A stretch of DNA of 64,000 nt from Trichoplax adhaerens (GCF_000150275.1 NW_002060967.1:590556-654555); one strand, 5' to 3'; shown: positions 27,831 through 41,426, numbered from the stretch's first letter. Made by a program: numbers and translations. The notes: generated by a model not told the origin, from the letters alone.

Positions 27831-30800
27831 TTATCCTAACATAGATGTCTCTACTATAATCTCGATATTACAGTGTATAACACTGTAACATGCGCCTAAC
27901 CACATTTTAACATTTAAGAATACACCATGTTTATATATTGATTTCACCACATAAAAAATTTCATTATTAGGAGAAAGATCAGACAGAATTTGCTGAAATT
28001 TGCAGATGATTGCACTAAACTTCTTAAATATTGATTCAATTTTGTAACAACTTACCCAACCTATAATTTCCAACCAGGAGTCGTTATGACCAGTTGATTT
28101 ATGACTTCTATCGCGTGTACTGTGTTTGCTTACAACGTTACTCTCTATTTTTGACTGGCAATATGTGATGATCTCATCACATAGTAGTAGAATACAATTC
28201 AAATCCTCCATCGATGCAGCTGCGAAACTGGGAAATTGCATATTGTCACCAAATATTTTGGCGGATGTAAAGTCGCCTAGTAGGCACTTAATCAGACCCT
28301 GTTGATTGAAACATTAGAAATAGGGCTTAAATCGAAAGTATAGTTAATTACGCTAAGTTAAATAATCTCAGAATTTTAAATAATTAAACGCGCTTTAAGC
28401 TAAAATTTACTCTAATTGTGCTAAGTTAGAATCCAATACAAAAGCGTAGCATTCAACGTACATTACGAAATTAAATACCATCAAAAGAAAAAAATATCAT
28501 CTTCATAATCTTATTGCAGGCTATCAGTCATGCGTATTATTTACTAGTATTACCGCTTAACTTGAATAAATACTAAATATGTCCGAAATTAAAACAAGAG
28601 CTACTAAGAGCACAAATTATTAACTCTTAGTAGCGTAAAACTCAACACCAAATAACAAATTATAAATACGTGAGTAATGTGAAAGTTCAACAGATGTTGA
28701 TTCCCCAAATCATGATTACAATTTAAGGATGTGCGTTGATGCGTACCGATACTTATCACATCTGTACGCAGTAAAAACAACCTACAACATGAACTTTAAA
28801 TAAATTAGACTATTCAAGCAGTTCTAATAGTATTCATGTTACATTTTATATATTAATTAATGCATAGTCTTTTACTAACGTACCGTACCTCATCAATGAT
28901 AACAATAAATATTGTGCGAGAGTTGATATTGCCGTGGATAATTAAATTAGCTCGCAACGATTTTACAGCTTTTAAAAGATCATTAAAAATTTGTTTAATA
29001 GATTCTGGAGTCAAGTATTCAGATTTGTTACACAGTAATTCGCGTAGAGTGGCTATTTCTTCACCAGGCAGCGAGTAACATACCATTCTGAAAAAATGTT
29101 TCATGTGCATGCAAGTAAATTTTGACACGCATTATTTTCTCTAGATATTTATAATTGGTATTATACAAGCTTATTTTTTTAAACGTGCTATTTACAGCTA
29201 TCTATAAGTAAAGTTTATTACCTATGGCACTATTCCGGTTTGACTATAAAATAATTATTGTATAAATAGATTATGTGATAACTACTTACCGTTTACTTTG
29301 TAATTTTGCTGGAATCTTGAATCTATGGCTTTCTATTTTAAACTTAGGACGCTCTAATGCCCAAAGGCATTGTAGTATGTTCTCTACTCGCATTTCTTGT
29401 AGTTTAATATGACAATAAAACTGCTTCTCCTTCTTCCAATCTCCAGCCTCTTTCTCACTGTAATACTTGAGCCATGCAGTTGTGCTTTCTTTATTGCTCT
29501 GATAGATGAGTTTAACTTTGAAATAGTTCTGTGTGGTAACAGAAGTTGAAGAATTTACCCCTTGGCTTGGTATTTTTTTATGCTACGTCAACAATTCTAT
29601 GAATTTTGTCCCTTAGTGAAGTTATCTGATGCAACTTTATACCATAAGAGCAATATTGAATTTAATAACTTCTATGCAATTAACATGTAATATTTCCGCA
29701 CTATTAACTTACAGATGAAACAAAATCTGCTGCAGCAGTCCGAGCAATAGATATTTTTTCAAGGCATTTCGTCTTCTGATCTAATAAGAAAGACAACATG
29801 ATATAAAAGATAACTTTAACATTCCATACTCACAAATCATATGAATAAGAATACCATTGTGCAATGTTTCGCATTCTATATTCATGTTGTCAAGGTGCAT
29901 CGTAAAACTCGACTAAATCCAATTACTTCTTGTGATAGCGAGCGATACTTAATTTATCTTTCAAAAAGACTCAATAATCGTCTTCTTCACGATATTTCAG
30001 TTCTTGTAAGTATAAAACTACTGGTGCAATAGAAACTGCATTTTGCATGATAATTATGAGTGATCATAAATTCTGCCTTCGTACTATTGTTTACAGTTTT
30101 GTGTATTAGCTATTGGAATAGTAAGCTATCGTGAAAATGAAAGTAAGTTAATGATTTAGATATCTATTGTATAAATGGAAGTGTACCTTCGAAACATGTC
30201 ACAGTTAATATTGAGCGTTTCAGATAATCTTACTCCAACTTACTTCCAATTTGATAGTAAGACCGATCTTGAAGTAAATCTTTACTACTGGCCCATTTTA
30301 CCTTATCACAGCAGTTTCCAAGAGATCTTACAATTCTAATAGAACGATCTAAAAATGTTTGAGTGAACATCGTGTAAATTATTGGATTAATACACGAATT
30401 AAGCGGTAAAGATAAGACAGCAATAAATGGCAATACATGAGTGTCCAACTCAGAGTTGATTAAGCCGATAATCAGAATAGCATAAAACGGAAGCCAGCAT
30501 ATAAGATCAGTAGCTACAATAGTAATCATCTTTGCTACAATTATTTTATCTAATCTGGAAATTTGAACATTTGCCTCGCGACGAGATTTTGCTAATGTAA
30601 TAATAATGCCAGAATACATAATGCTGATGATAGCCCAAGCCAAGAATGTTACACCGCAATAACATAAAAGCCATAATAATAGATAAGGATTGCTAATATT
30701 ACCGGGCAAACAAGCCCCATTAACGCTATGCAAACGATTATTAGGTGTCTGATTAAAACCATAAATTATTGGTAAACCTGTAAATACGGCAGAAATTGCC

Positions 30801-33800
30801 CAAACAATAAGGAAGATATTGAATATCTGTCTGTAGGAAAGACGATAATTTTGAAACGGATAGACTAAATATAAGTAACGATCCAGTGTTATAAGAAAAA
30901 TGACCAATGTCGACACGAAAGTAGAAATTGAGACTAGAAAAGAACATATTGAGCAAACTGTACTCCGTAACCAAACTTCGTGGTATTCAGCATAGACTCC
31001 AGAAAAGTAGATGTTGGCTGATGCGATAGTTGTCAAGTAAATACCCATCAGCAAATCTGCTGTTGACAGATTAATAATTAAAGATCTGACAATAATATAG
31101 TCCTTGTTTTTCCCATTTGTATGCCATATAATTGAAACGATATTGCCAATGATGGACAGGACTCCAATTAGCCAAATGAAAACTCGTAGTACTCCATGTG
31201 ATAAAATATCTGAGCAAGTTGATAAACTGAACTGATCTGGTAAAGGCTGGCAAATAGTTACAGATCTTCCAACGTAACAACATAGATAATCGAGAGTTGA
31301 AAGTCTAGTATCAACAAAGAACTTACAGTCAATGCAATCATTTTTTAAGTTACATTCATGTTGGTAAAATATTTAACATTTATTAGCATTTCAGTTTCTG
31401 CATAATTGTTCTAAATAGTATTAAATATTAAGCAATATTATTTAGACTTGTAGATTGTATTACTGAAGATACTTGGTATATAAGTGCTATGGTTTTACTT
31501 TCAATTTATTAATCTGGTAAAGGAAATCTTCCTAGTACTATACGATCAATTAGAATTACCCTTCTGATGCTTGTTTGTTCAACATATTGATATTTTATTT
31601 CATTTAGGTATTGTAGCCCAATTTAACACCATTTAACTATTTCATCACTCAATTAATTCTTATTTATAAATAATTTCTTGTATAGGAAGATAGTTCTTAA
31701 TAATTTGATGAATAAATTAGTAAATACTTTCAATTACTACAATTCATATCAGAACTAAAAACTTTATTTATCATCACAGTAATTACCTATATTCCCAATT
31801 TGTTGCACAAAGGTTTTACAATAAATTTTTGATAGAATCTGTTATAATCTCTCAAGTTTGTAATGAAATACGTCCCTTTAATACACTATCAACAAATCAT
31901 TGTCAAACGGTGCTATCTCGTTAATTGTAACAGAATGATGCTAAATACCATTCAAGATTTAAAAATTAAATATGCCAAATGTGGCAGCTACCCTAGAGCA
32001 GATAAAGCAAAATTTCCAAACTTTTGTGGTATTAAAATCTCAGCAAACCGTAAACTATCTAAACTTAGAAATAAATTACCGTTACATGCAATTACGGTAG
32101 CCGGTGATGTTGCTAAAATTGATGGTATATATATAGCCCTGATCGGTAAAATATTTAATTTTCTCTACGCTATTTGTTAACTCACTATCACTGCATTCTA
32201 ATTTTATATTTTGGCCTAAATATAAAATGAAGTCATTTTAGTGTTTGCTAAAACTGGAATTATTCTGAACTTACTACTATGGGTACTCTTTATTACATTG
32301 AAACAACACTGCCTGGTATACCAACGCCAAAAATACTAATTAAAGTTATATCTAATAGTCTTATGCAAGGGTTGCCTGAGTAAGATACATGTATCTAGCG
32401 ATATTATTTTCCTCTGCTTTGAAAATGAATATTGAAGAAGTTGAGTATAAAAAATGTATTATTAAAAAATTAGTTTAAAAGAACTTTTCAACGTATAAAA
32501 TTTATAGGTCGTGTGCAATCTGGTGGGCTTTTATTCTAGATAAATCTAACGTCTTAAATAGATTTACATGAAGGCTTTCAAATAGATTTGTAGACTACGC
32601 CGCTAGAAATCAATTTACGAGTATAATACTCTACTTACAAATCTGTCATACCAGTGCTTCCAAGTAGAGAGTGGGTTGTAAATTCTATCAAGGGATTATT
32701 TCTTAAACTTCTATAAATATGAAAATAATAATAAAATTTTAATGAAGATTTAATTTTAGTCTTATCCTTCACTGTTTACTTACAAATGGCGAATAAATGG
32801 AAAGCTATTTAGACAGAAAGGAGTTAATTTCGAAATCTGGTTGTTATTGATACTCCTTCAATTTTAGATGTGATAGAAATTGAAATAAGTATAAAAGTTG
32901 TTTCAGAACATTTGCTAATTCAATAAATAAAAATAGTATATTTATAAATACAACTAGATACTAAAGAAAAAAAGATTGGCCTTAATTTATCGTGCATTAT
33001 ACATGAAATGAGCTGGATAAAATAACATGCAAGCTTATTTAACTGCTACATTATTGGAAAAATAAATTCAAACATACAGCTTCAATAATTTCGAAGCAGC
33101 TGCAGTAAATTTCGCAGGTACGCACATATCAGTTATGTAATTGTTATCGACATTTCTGTAACAGAACCAATATTAATATTAGATTGAGATCCATACCAAA
33201 TATATTTGGCTTTTAATAATCGCTATCTGCCACTAACGATTGAAAATATTGATGTTATGGCAATGCTGTTTCTAACTTACAAAAATTTCAGACTTCCTCG
33301 ACTTAAAAGTGATAAATAGTCACTAGTTTCGAGTTGATTGTCGCTTAGCAATCTAATCAAACCAATATAAAAGTAAAATTCTTACATTATCATGAAAATT
33401 TCTATAGTTAATGTAGACTCCTATTTTAGCAATTACGATAAGGGCGACATAATTGGTAAATATCCCTCGTTAATAAATTGAAGCTTCCAATATCTTCATT
33501 CATTAAAAGTGATTAATAATTTTTAAGAGCAAATTTCTATCTCTGTATTTTTGCCGTACAAATCCTCAATATTTGTTGAAGGTGGAAGCGTTTTAAGACC
33601 AATCGTCTTTAGTTGGCAGCTTATCATTATACTATATATAGAAATTGAAATCGTTACATTCCTTATCTTGAACTACGAGATTAACAAATGTGTTAAGAAA
33701 AAGATTCAATCCGTAAATATCTCCTTAACTTATTTAAGAAACTTACAGTTGTTGTATTTCATGTATCCTTGAAAATAGACCCTCAGGTAATTGACCGAAC

Positions 33801-36800
33801 CTGTAGCCACTCAAATGTCTACAATTTGTTCATGAAAATTACTAAAATCATTTTATTTGAAGCCATAAATACCAACTATTATTATAGCAATTATTTCGAA
33901 AATTAATTGATTATTAAGTGATAAAAGTACAATTTGTTGTAATACGTCCTTGCAGATAGTATTGCAAACAAACTTGTAACAGAGATGTTGGTGTAGCTCA
34001 GTCCCCTAAAATAATATAATTATGTACTAGTTATACCAAAAATTAGAATGCATTCAAAAGCATTTGGTAAAGCTACATCAGCTAGAATAGTTTAAGTGAT
34101 TATCATAGAAATTATGATCCTCTGAATAAGAGACTAGTTTACAGTAGCACTCATATTAATAACACGAAACCATTTAGCTAGCAGTTATAAAGAGTACTAG
34201 AATATTATTTGAAGGCCTTTATTTTTTCCTTCATAAAATGTAGCAATCGTTGATTAAAAATGCAGATACCACACTGATCAGTTTAGGGTATTTATCTCGT
34301 GTAAATCGCGGTAAATATTAATAAAAGGAGCTTAAAAATCGTAACATAGTAAACTAAGGTATACTTACAGGCTTTTTAGATTTATCAAACTGGTAATCAG
34401 AGTCTTGTTAAGATCGGTTAAATTGTTTTCGTCTAAAAATCTTCGATATAAAATCCATGTACAAATGATAATTCCGTTACAAGCAAGCTTTAGTTAAAAT
34501 GTGCTATAATCCATTTGCTTTTAAATAATGCCTTAAATTATTCTCGGGAAAATATATAAAGGATTTACGAGCGAACGAAAGAATATTTTCAGTATTTATT
34601 CTTATTACCAGCAACTGTTCCACATTAGCTGAGATAGGTTTAATTTTGTCCGTATCCTAACTTAAATGGCTTAACTAGGAAACTCGACTATTTTGATCGT
34701 AAAAGCAAAATAGTGCTTATGCATGTTGGACACTTACGAGCGGTCCTCGTAAATTTGAACTGTAATGAACGTAAGAATATATGAACATAACGAGATTTTC
34801 TTATTGTAATTCTAAATGGTTTGGTTATCGTGATTATAGTTGGTACCAATATGCGTATGCTTACAGCGATATTATAGCCAACAGTGGTAGGATAGAACGA
34901 TAATGGCGAATAACCTTCGTGTACTCATAACTGCATCCTACGCTCATTGATACACGTATCTGTATGGTAGGACCGCACTTCAACGCTATATTGGAATATG
35001 AGTATATAAGTACAGTATTGAGTAACTACTCGAGATTTCTTAGGATTAATTGCCTCGAGGAAAGCGCATTGTTAGTTTCGATTTACAAATCTAAAGAAGA
35101 AATAAGAATCTTCCTAAATTTAACTACGGTCGAGTGTCAGTAGATAGTGTTAACGAGCATGGAGCCGTTGCTGAATATGACATTATTATATACTGTATTA
35201 GAGTAGAAATATCTATGTTAGGATAATTTTATTAGCCTATCCTTATTTAGTTAACTTTTAATTTGGATATACTGTGATTTAGAATAACACTGGCTTTTTA
35301 TGACAGTGACATATATACAAATACTGAAATTATTAGTTATATTAGGGAATACGAATTATCTACTTACAGTTGGAATCATTGTGATTGTAGCTTACTTATG
35401 GTAGATTGCAAATTATCGTGGAAATGTCCCGTGATAGAACATATCGTAATCTGACTATTCTGTATTAGTCATCAGGTGTCTATGTTCGTAAATACTGTTG
35501 TCTGCATTAGGGAACAGTAGCTAAAATTAATATCTAATTCAGTGAATAATTCCAAAGTTAATCGTACTAACTATGACTTATGAACTATTGAGGAAGAGTA
35601 TAACATATATAAACGCAATATGTCGTGTAATAAAGTTAATTCTTAAACTTAGTGCTTAACGTAAAATACGAGGCGTCTAAGCCTTTGTGTAGTCTGCTAG
35701 TAGAGCAAAAGCGTTCCCGATAGTGCGGATACCGTTCGTTATATCGAATTATAAAACTGAAAGTGGGCATAGTCCATTCGATATTTTAGTACTGCATTCT
35801 AAATTATCTTTATTGTGTAATAAAATGTCCAGCATCGTCCCTGTCAACCCACATTAACTCTAGCCTTCACAATCCATATCGCTAATCTAATGGTGTTAAA
35901 ATCAGTCAAGTGATTGAACTCAACAGTAACAAATTTTTAGTCTAAATTATCTGATATAGTTCTGGATTATAATGCAGAATTTGGATATTTAGAAATTTAG
36001 TCAGCTAGCATTTGTCTCAGAGTTTGCCTTTGAGAGAAAATTTATATAAGAAATCAAATTAATTATATTTCGTATTGAGTTAAAGTTGCACTGATGAGAA
36101 ATAATAAATATAGTAACTCTATCACAATTTGCTATCGAAATAGAGCATTACTGGAAATTTGTGATAATAATACAGTTTTGTTCGCTATACATCCGCTAAA
36201 TGATTCGTGAACATTTTCTTACTCACAGATTCTGAATATCCGATATCCTTTCAAAAAATTCATTATTGAACGTTGATGAATTTAAATTGCAAAATTTCAT
36301 TCCCCTAATCAAAAGTTAGCTGGGATATTAAACTTATTCATAAATGGTAAAGTGTACATTTTTTTAATTATACGGTATCTCGTTATAAAATAGTTTATAC
36401 TGATAAGGTAAAAAACTCTGGATTTCTATAAGAAAATAGTATATTTATACAAAGTATTAAGAGATCCAAGATGATTAAGGAAACGAAAATCTATTTTTCG
36501 CAAATTGACCATATAATTCATATTTCTAAGAAAAGTGGTAAAAAAGAATTGCAAAACATCAAAATAAGAGTCTTTTCTAGATTTTTACTTAATTCAGATG
36601 TACAGATCTCACAGTATCTCAAGAAATGGAAGCTCTTTGAAAGCTTTTTCCTCCAGCCCGATTAGGTGACGATTACCAATACTCCTGCACCCAATCAATT
36701 TAATTATCCATAAGAATAATACGAAAGCAAATTCATTACTAAATAAGCTTTCATATTCTATCATTCGATAAAATAGTTGTAATTTAATTAGATGTATCAA

Positions 36801-39800
36801 ACACCAACGTCTGCTTTTCTATGATGAAATTATTAACAGATAATATTATAACTGCTNNNNNNNNNNNNNNNNNNNNNNNNNNNNNNNNNNNNNNNNNNNN
36901 NNNNNNGAATTTCGGCTATGAATTGTTTAGTTAAATGGCTAGCAAAATAACAGCATATAGCAATTACGGTTAATTCTTGCTTGTAACACATGTGAGAAAA
37001 AAGAATTTACTAGCTTATATAAAACTAAGCAGTTCATTATTTTACTACATAGTTCAACTGAAAGACAGGGGAAAAGAATCATAATAGAGCAGTGCAGCTT
37101 AAATAAATTATCTACAATACAGAGTTGAATACAAAGTTATCATGTAATAATCGTGTTACGTAATTAGATTACAATCATAAAATATACAAATCATAGCTAG
37201 ACGAAAACAAGCAGAAAAGAATTGAAACATATAGTTTATGTCATAACATTAAGTATGCAGTATCATAGATAACAATTACAGCAATACATAATTTAGTAAG
37301 CACAGTAGCAATGCAGCGGCATCCTGCAATTTTGCAGGTATCCCAAATCGCAGTAATACCATGATACTATAAATCCTTACCCAAAAATTCATCTTATCAA
37401 CCAAATAACACTATAATCATTATATTTTTAAAGAAATAATAGATTAAAATAATCAAAATTTATCACGTAACGTACAGTTCCATTAAGAAAGGAATCCTAT
37501 CAAACAAGGCTTTAGGTAAGATATTCAAATAATTGTGGGATAAGCTCCTTTAGATTAAAAAATAGCATAAAGCTGTCTGGAAGTTGCAAGAGTTTATAAC
37601 TGACATAATTTGCATTTAATTAAATATTCATTCTATAAAAAAATTTCAAAAGTCATAATTACAAATAAGTTATGGATGAGTAATTGCCAAAAGCTTCCTC
37701 ATGGATCTTTCTTAAGTTTAAATACTGCATATTCCTAATTAAGGTAAAATTTGTTTATTTCTTAAAATCAAACATAGCCCCAAAGTTCTAGAATTTTGCC
37801 CTTTTATTATTTAGAATATTGCGATAGAGAATATTTTTATTTGAGTCTAATAATTTATTACTAAAGTGTTTGCGAAGAAAGTAGCGAAACCTCCCATACA
37901 ACTTTAGCAGAGTTAATCCTTTACTTTACTTACATTCAATAAATCTTCCTTATTAAAACTGCTTTCTAGCAAAGTATTCTAAATACCAAGAAAACTTACG
38001 CCCTCAATGGAGCAAATGCCGAAAATGTGTTGGGCCCTATATATTCTATAAAGTTGTTTCGTAAGAATCTAGGAGAAAAGTAGCATTGAAAATTAATCAA
38101 GACAACTGCTCTGTCTTTTACCGCCAGTAATATCTGCCTTAGCTAAAGAAGAACTGATGAAATCAGAACTTTAGTAGCATTTGCCATCATCTATTACGTG
38201 CTATACATTCGATTAGCGGAAGGAACTGAATTGGAATTTATGTAAATCATAGCTTATCGCTCAGGAAGGCCTTATAATTCATAAATTCTAAAATTTCTGT
38301 TGCGCACTTATTATTTCTATAATAAATACTAATTGAGGTGTTTCAATTTTGGAAGACACTTGATTTTGAAACACGTAAATTTAAAACTAATATCCACATC
38401 ATAATTTGAATAATTTCAGAAGTTTTATGATCAAACCCATGGCAGATTAAAAAAATTTCGCCACAGGTACTTCGGAAGCAATACTTACAAATAATTTAAT
38501 GCTACCGTATCATGGAATGTATGAGGTCCGACATAGGAAATTCGATTATTATATAACCTCCTAAATATTGATTAAAGTCAATCTTAAGAATTTTCGATTA
38601 CATTTTACGCTAATGCTACTGTACCTTCTACAGTACTGTAAGCTATAGTAATTATAACGGACTATTTTTACTAGCTCATTCCATTCTGCAAATAAATAAT
38701 GTACTACTTCAACGAAAGTATAGTTATGATAATCATGAAAAATGATAGAATCTTCTCTGCAATTTTCAACGAACAAGACGCGAAGTGATAAACATTCAGA
38801 AAATTGTCGGCGTTTCAGTTTTTCGATTCTATTATTTTCTAAAAAGCTGTAATTTTGACAAAAAGACAAACAATAAATTTATAATGAGCTTTCAGTAATC
38901 AACTGGAGTTAATCAAAACATATTTCTCATGCTATCGGATCCTATAAGCTATGCGTTGTATTATTTAAATTACACACAGTTCCTCAATGACCGTTCCGTT
39001 GCATAAGTGATTCGGTAAACTTGTTAGTCGATTGTTTTGTAATGATCTTAAAAAGAAAACGAAGCTTGATTGCTATTAGCCGTTTTACAGATTTTCTATC
39101 CTTAAGTTGATGAGCGTTTGCATAAATGATAACGGTAAATTGTTGTCAGAAATTGCTAAATTTATATCTGTTTAACCATCATCATTGTTTTTAGATGGAA
39201 TTTTTATAGACACCATAGCCCAGTGTAACATTCGAGCTTGCAACACAGAAATTACTGGATTTTTCCCTCTCTGAAGTTGCCTTAACTATCTAAGCTTCTA
39301 ATTTTAGATACTCTTTAATCTACCAAAACCTAGATTCCAGTCTTAGTCAACAGCACACGCATGGCCAAGAATCAAAAGTTTATTCTAAAAGCTATTAAAT
39401 TAAATGTCCGACTGAACTTACAAAATACAATTTACAACCAACTGCTATCGATCAACTTATTGACTCACTTATCAACTCTGAGGCTTTATATAGCCTCAGA
39501 AATTCCCCCGATGCAAAGGAATAATAAATTAATAGCCAAATCTACATAATTAGCATGATAACTGCCGGGTCAAGGACATTTATTCATTGAATATTAATTC
39601 AGAAGCGCAAACTATTGTTGAGCAAATGCAGTATAAATTATACTTGATGGCTAAATAATAAGTATTATTTAAATAATAACGGGAAGTATTATTTGTTTGT
39701 TGGCATATGTTTTACCCTAACATCTAAGTCAGTTTGCTGTGCCATTTTCGTGTAACTATCTATATTGATTTACGCAATTGATCTTCCATTAAGAAATACT

Positions 39801-41426
39801 AAATCCCCAAAAAGTGATGATTTGCAATTTAAATAAAATTCTAATTCTCAATTTAATTCTGAAGATATTAATGATAATGAATCCTCTTCAAAATGAAATA
39901 ATTATTTATCATCTTTGAATTGTACCCAGACAAAATGGTAGGAGGAATATTCTGACCATAAATTTACGGCTAGATTATGACCAAGAACAGCGCTTTACAA
40001 CAAGAATGTGTCCTTTTTAATCTTGATTTTAATTTTCTGATGTTAGGTGTGTGAAGTGAATAAATAACTGCAGTTGTACCTTTTGCCTTACTTATCTATC
40101 TAACTACTGTATTATCCGCAAACTATCATTTAAAAATCCATTACAGTCAATATACGCTCATTTTATAGATTTATTGGAATTTTTAGCTAACGAGATAAAT
40201 TATTTTGAGCCTCATCGTGCGCAGTCAATATAATGCATTCTTCTAGAGGAACGAGGCCTTTGATATAGCAAGAGATTTTCAGAATTCAGGAATTCCAGGT
40301 AAAAAATAACGTTTTAATTCATAAGCGGTAAGACACTCGAAATAGTTTGGCATAAGCTAGTTTCGGAGTCTCACCATCGTTATCACTATACAATATTCTT
40401 AATGTATCTTAGCCTTGATATCGTAGGCAATAGTCGTTGATGGAAAATTTACGTCTATCTACGGAGTCCACAATGTGAAATTTTGACTAATTTAATTTAA
40501 ATATAAATACAAGCTATAATAAGATAATAGTCCTAAATTCTAACTGAAATATTGCTACACTACTTTTAATCGGTAATATTGTGAGTTATCTCGATCGTAT
40601 AAAAAAATTGTCACATATGCAAAAATGTCGACAGTAGCCTTACCGGAAAACTCCCAAAACGCAATATATATCTTAAAAGAGATTTAGTTACTATTCTCAC
40701 AGTTCTTTCAACTTCGGTAAATTTTTAAACATTCCATCAGCAATCCAGCTAATAAGATTATCTGAAAGCAGCCTAAATCGTAAATAATTAAGAAATTAGT
40801 ATATGAGTATACCGAATCGGAAGTATATCAAAAATTTTAATAAAATAAATTGTCTTTCCCTTAATTCCTGTACTAAATCTTAGATTTACAAAATCAATGC
40901 CTGTAGCAACACACGGTATATTAATAAGCCATTAACTTCTTACAGACATATCCAACAGCAATTAGTACAATTTTACTTGAAGTCTACATAGTACGAAGCA
41001 GTAATTTTTTGTAACAATAGCGAATCTCTTTTTCTAACACTTTGACTTTCAGAAATTTTGTCACTACTTCCAATCCATATTTAATATGAGATAGTATCAA
41101 AAAAATAAATAAACAAATTTAATCGCCGTTTGGCAACGATGCTATGATTTTATGTCTTTTCTCATTGCAAAGTAGTTAGTTCTCCATATTATAAGTAGAT
41201 ATCTGGTCAACCACCCTATATCATACTTATATATTGCATCTCAGTAGTAAAGAATGTATATTTAAAAGTGTTACACCAGATTTCTAATCGTATTAATTTT
41301 TGAGTGGGGTATGTATTATATTTGCTAAGTTTAATTACAGTATTCAGCTCTCACAAATATCTCAACCCAATTGCCTCCATTGGACGCGAATTCTTTAGTG
41401 AATGAATCAGATTAAATGTTAGGTCT
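27831..41426 (-). CDS. LRR-containing class A GPCR (LGR, RXFP/GRL101-like hinge) fused to a C-terminal pseudokinase; paralog 1, 5' end unresolved
   Basis: Seventeen phase-2 LRR exons of 69-78 nt: 41426-41355, 40772-40701, 39046-38978, 38846-38775, 38560-38489, 38068-38000, 37734-37663, 37547-37476, 36684-36613, 36304-36227, 34440-34369, 33818-33747, 33631-33560, 33352-33281, 33155-33078, 32855-32784 and 32710-32639 (e.g. SLSHNYLNILPKALFDRIPFLMEL). Then hinge+7TM exon 31304-30244, linker exon 29780-29713, and kinase-like exons 29528 (or 29582)-29290, 29087-28889 and 28298-28056. The terminal exon is uncertain (about 27992-27831). Confidence 0.85.
28056..29528 (-). CDS. Pseudokinase-domain exons of paralog 1
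   Basis: AWLKYYSEKEAGDWKKEKQFY...RVENILQCLW (subdomains II-IV), TLRELL, IIHGNINSRTIFI (VIb), KCLLGDFTSA (VII), EDLNCILLLCDEII (IX-like). Splice phases are compatible throughout. Confidence 0.82.
30244..31304 (-). CDS. Hinge + 7TM exon of paralog 1
   Basis: One open exon: YLCCYV...CQPLPDQFSLSTCSDILSHGVLRVFIW, NLSTADLLMGIYL (TM2), ITLDRY (TM3), TDLICWLP (TM6), LPLNSCINPIIY (TM7). It ends at a phase-1 GTAAGT donor. Confidence 0.95.

Noticed and set aside
28860-33772. Plus-strand ORFs (28860, 29841, 31863, 33551) and the alternative-frame ORFs at 30753 and 31071
   Set aside because: Antisense or alternative-frame shadows of receptor exons and introns, without motifs.
34738-34811. 74-nt segment with good AG/GTAAGT sites inside paralog 1
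   Set aside because: Poor LRR pattern, it would shift the frame, and no counterpart is visible in paralog 2. Left out, but if real it would make paralog 1 defective.
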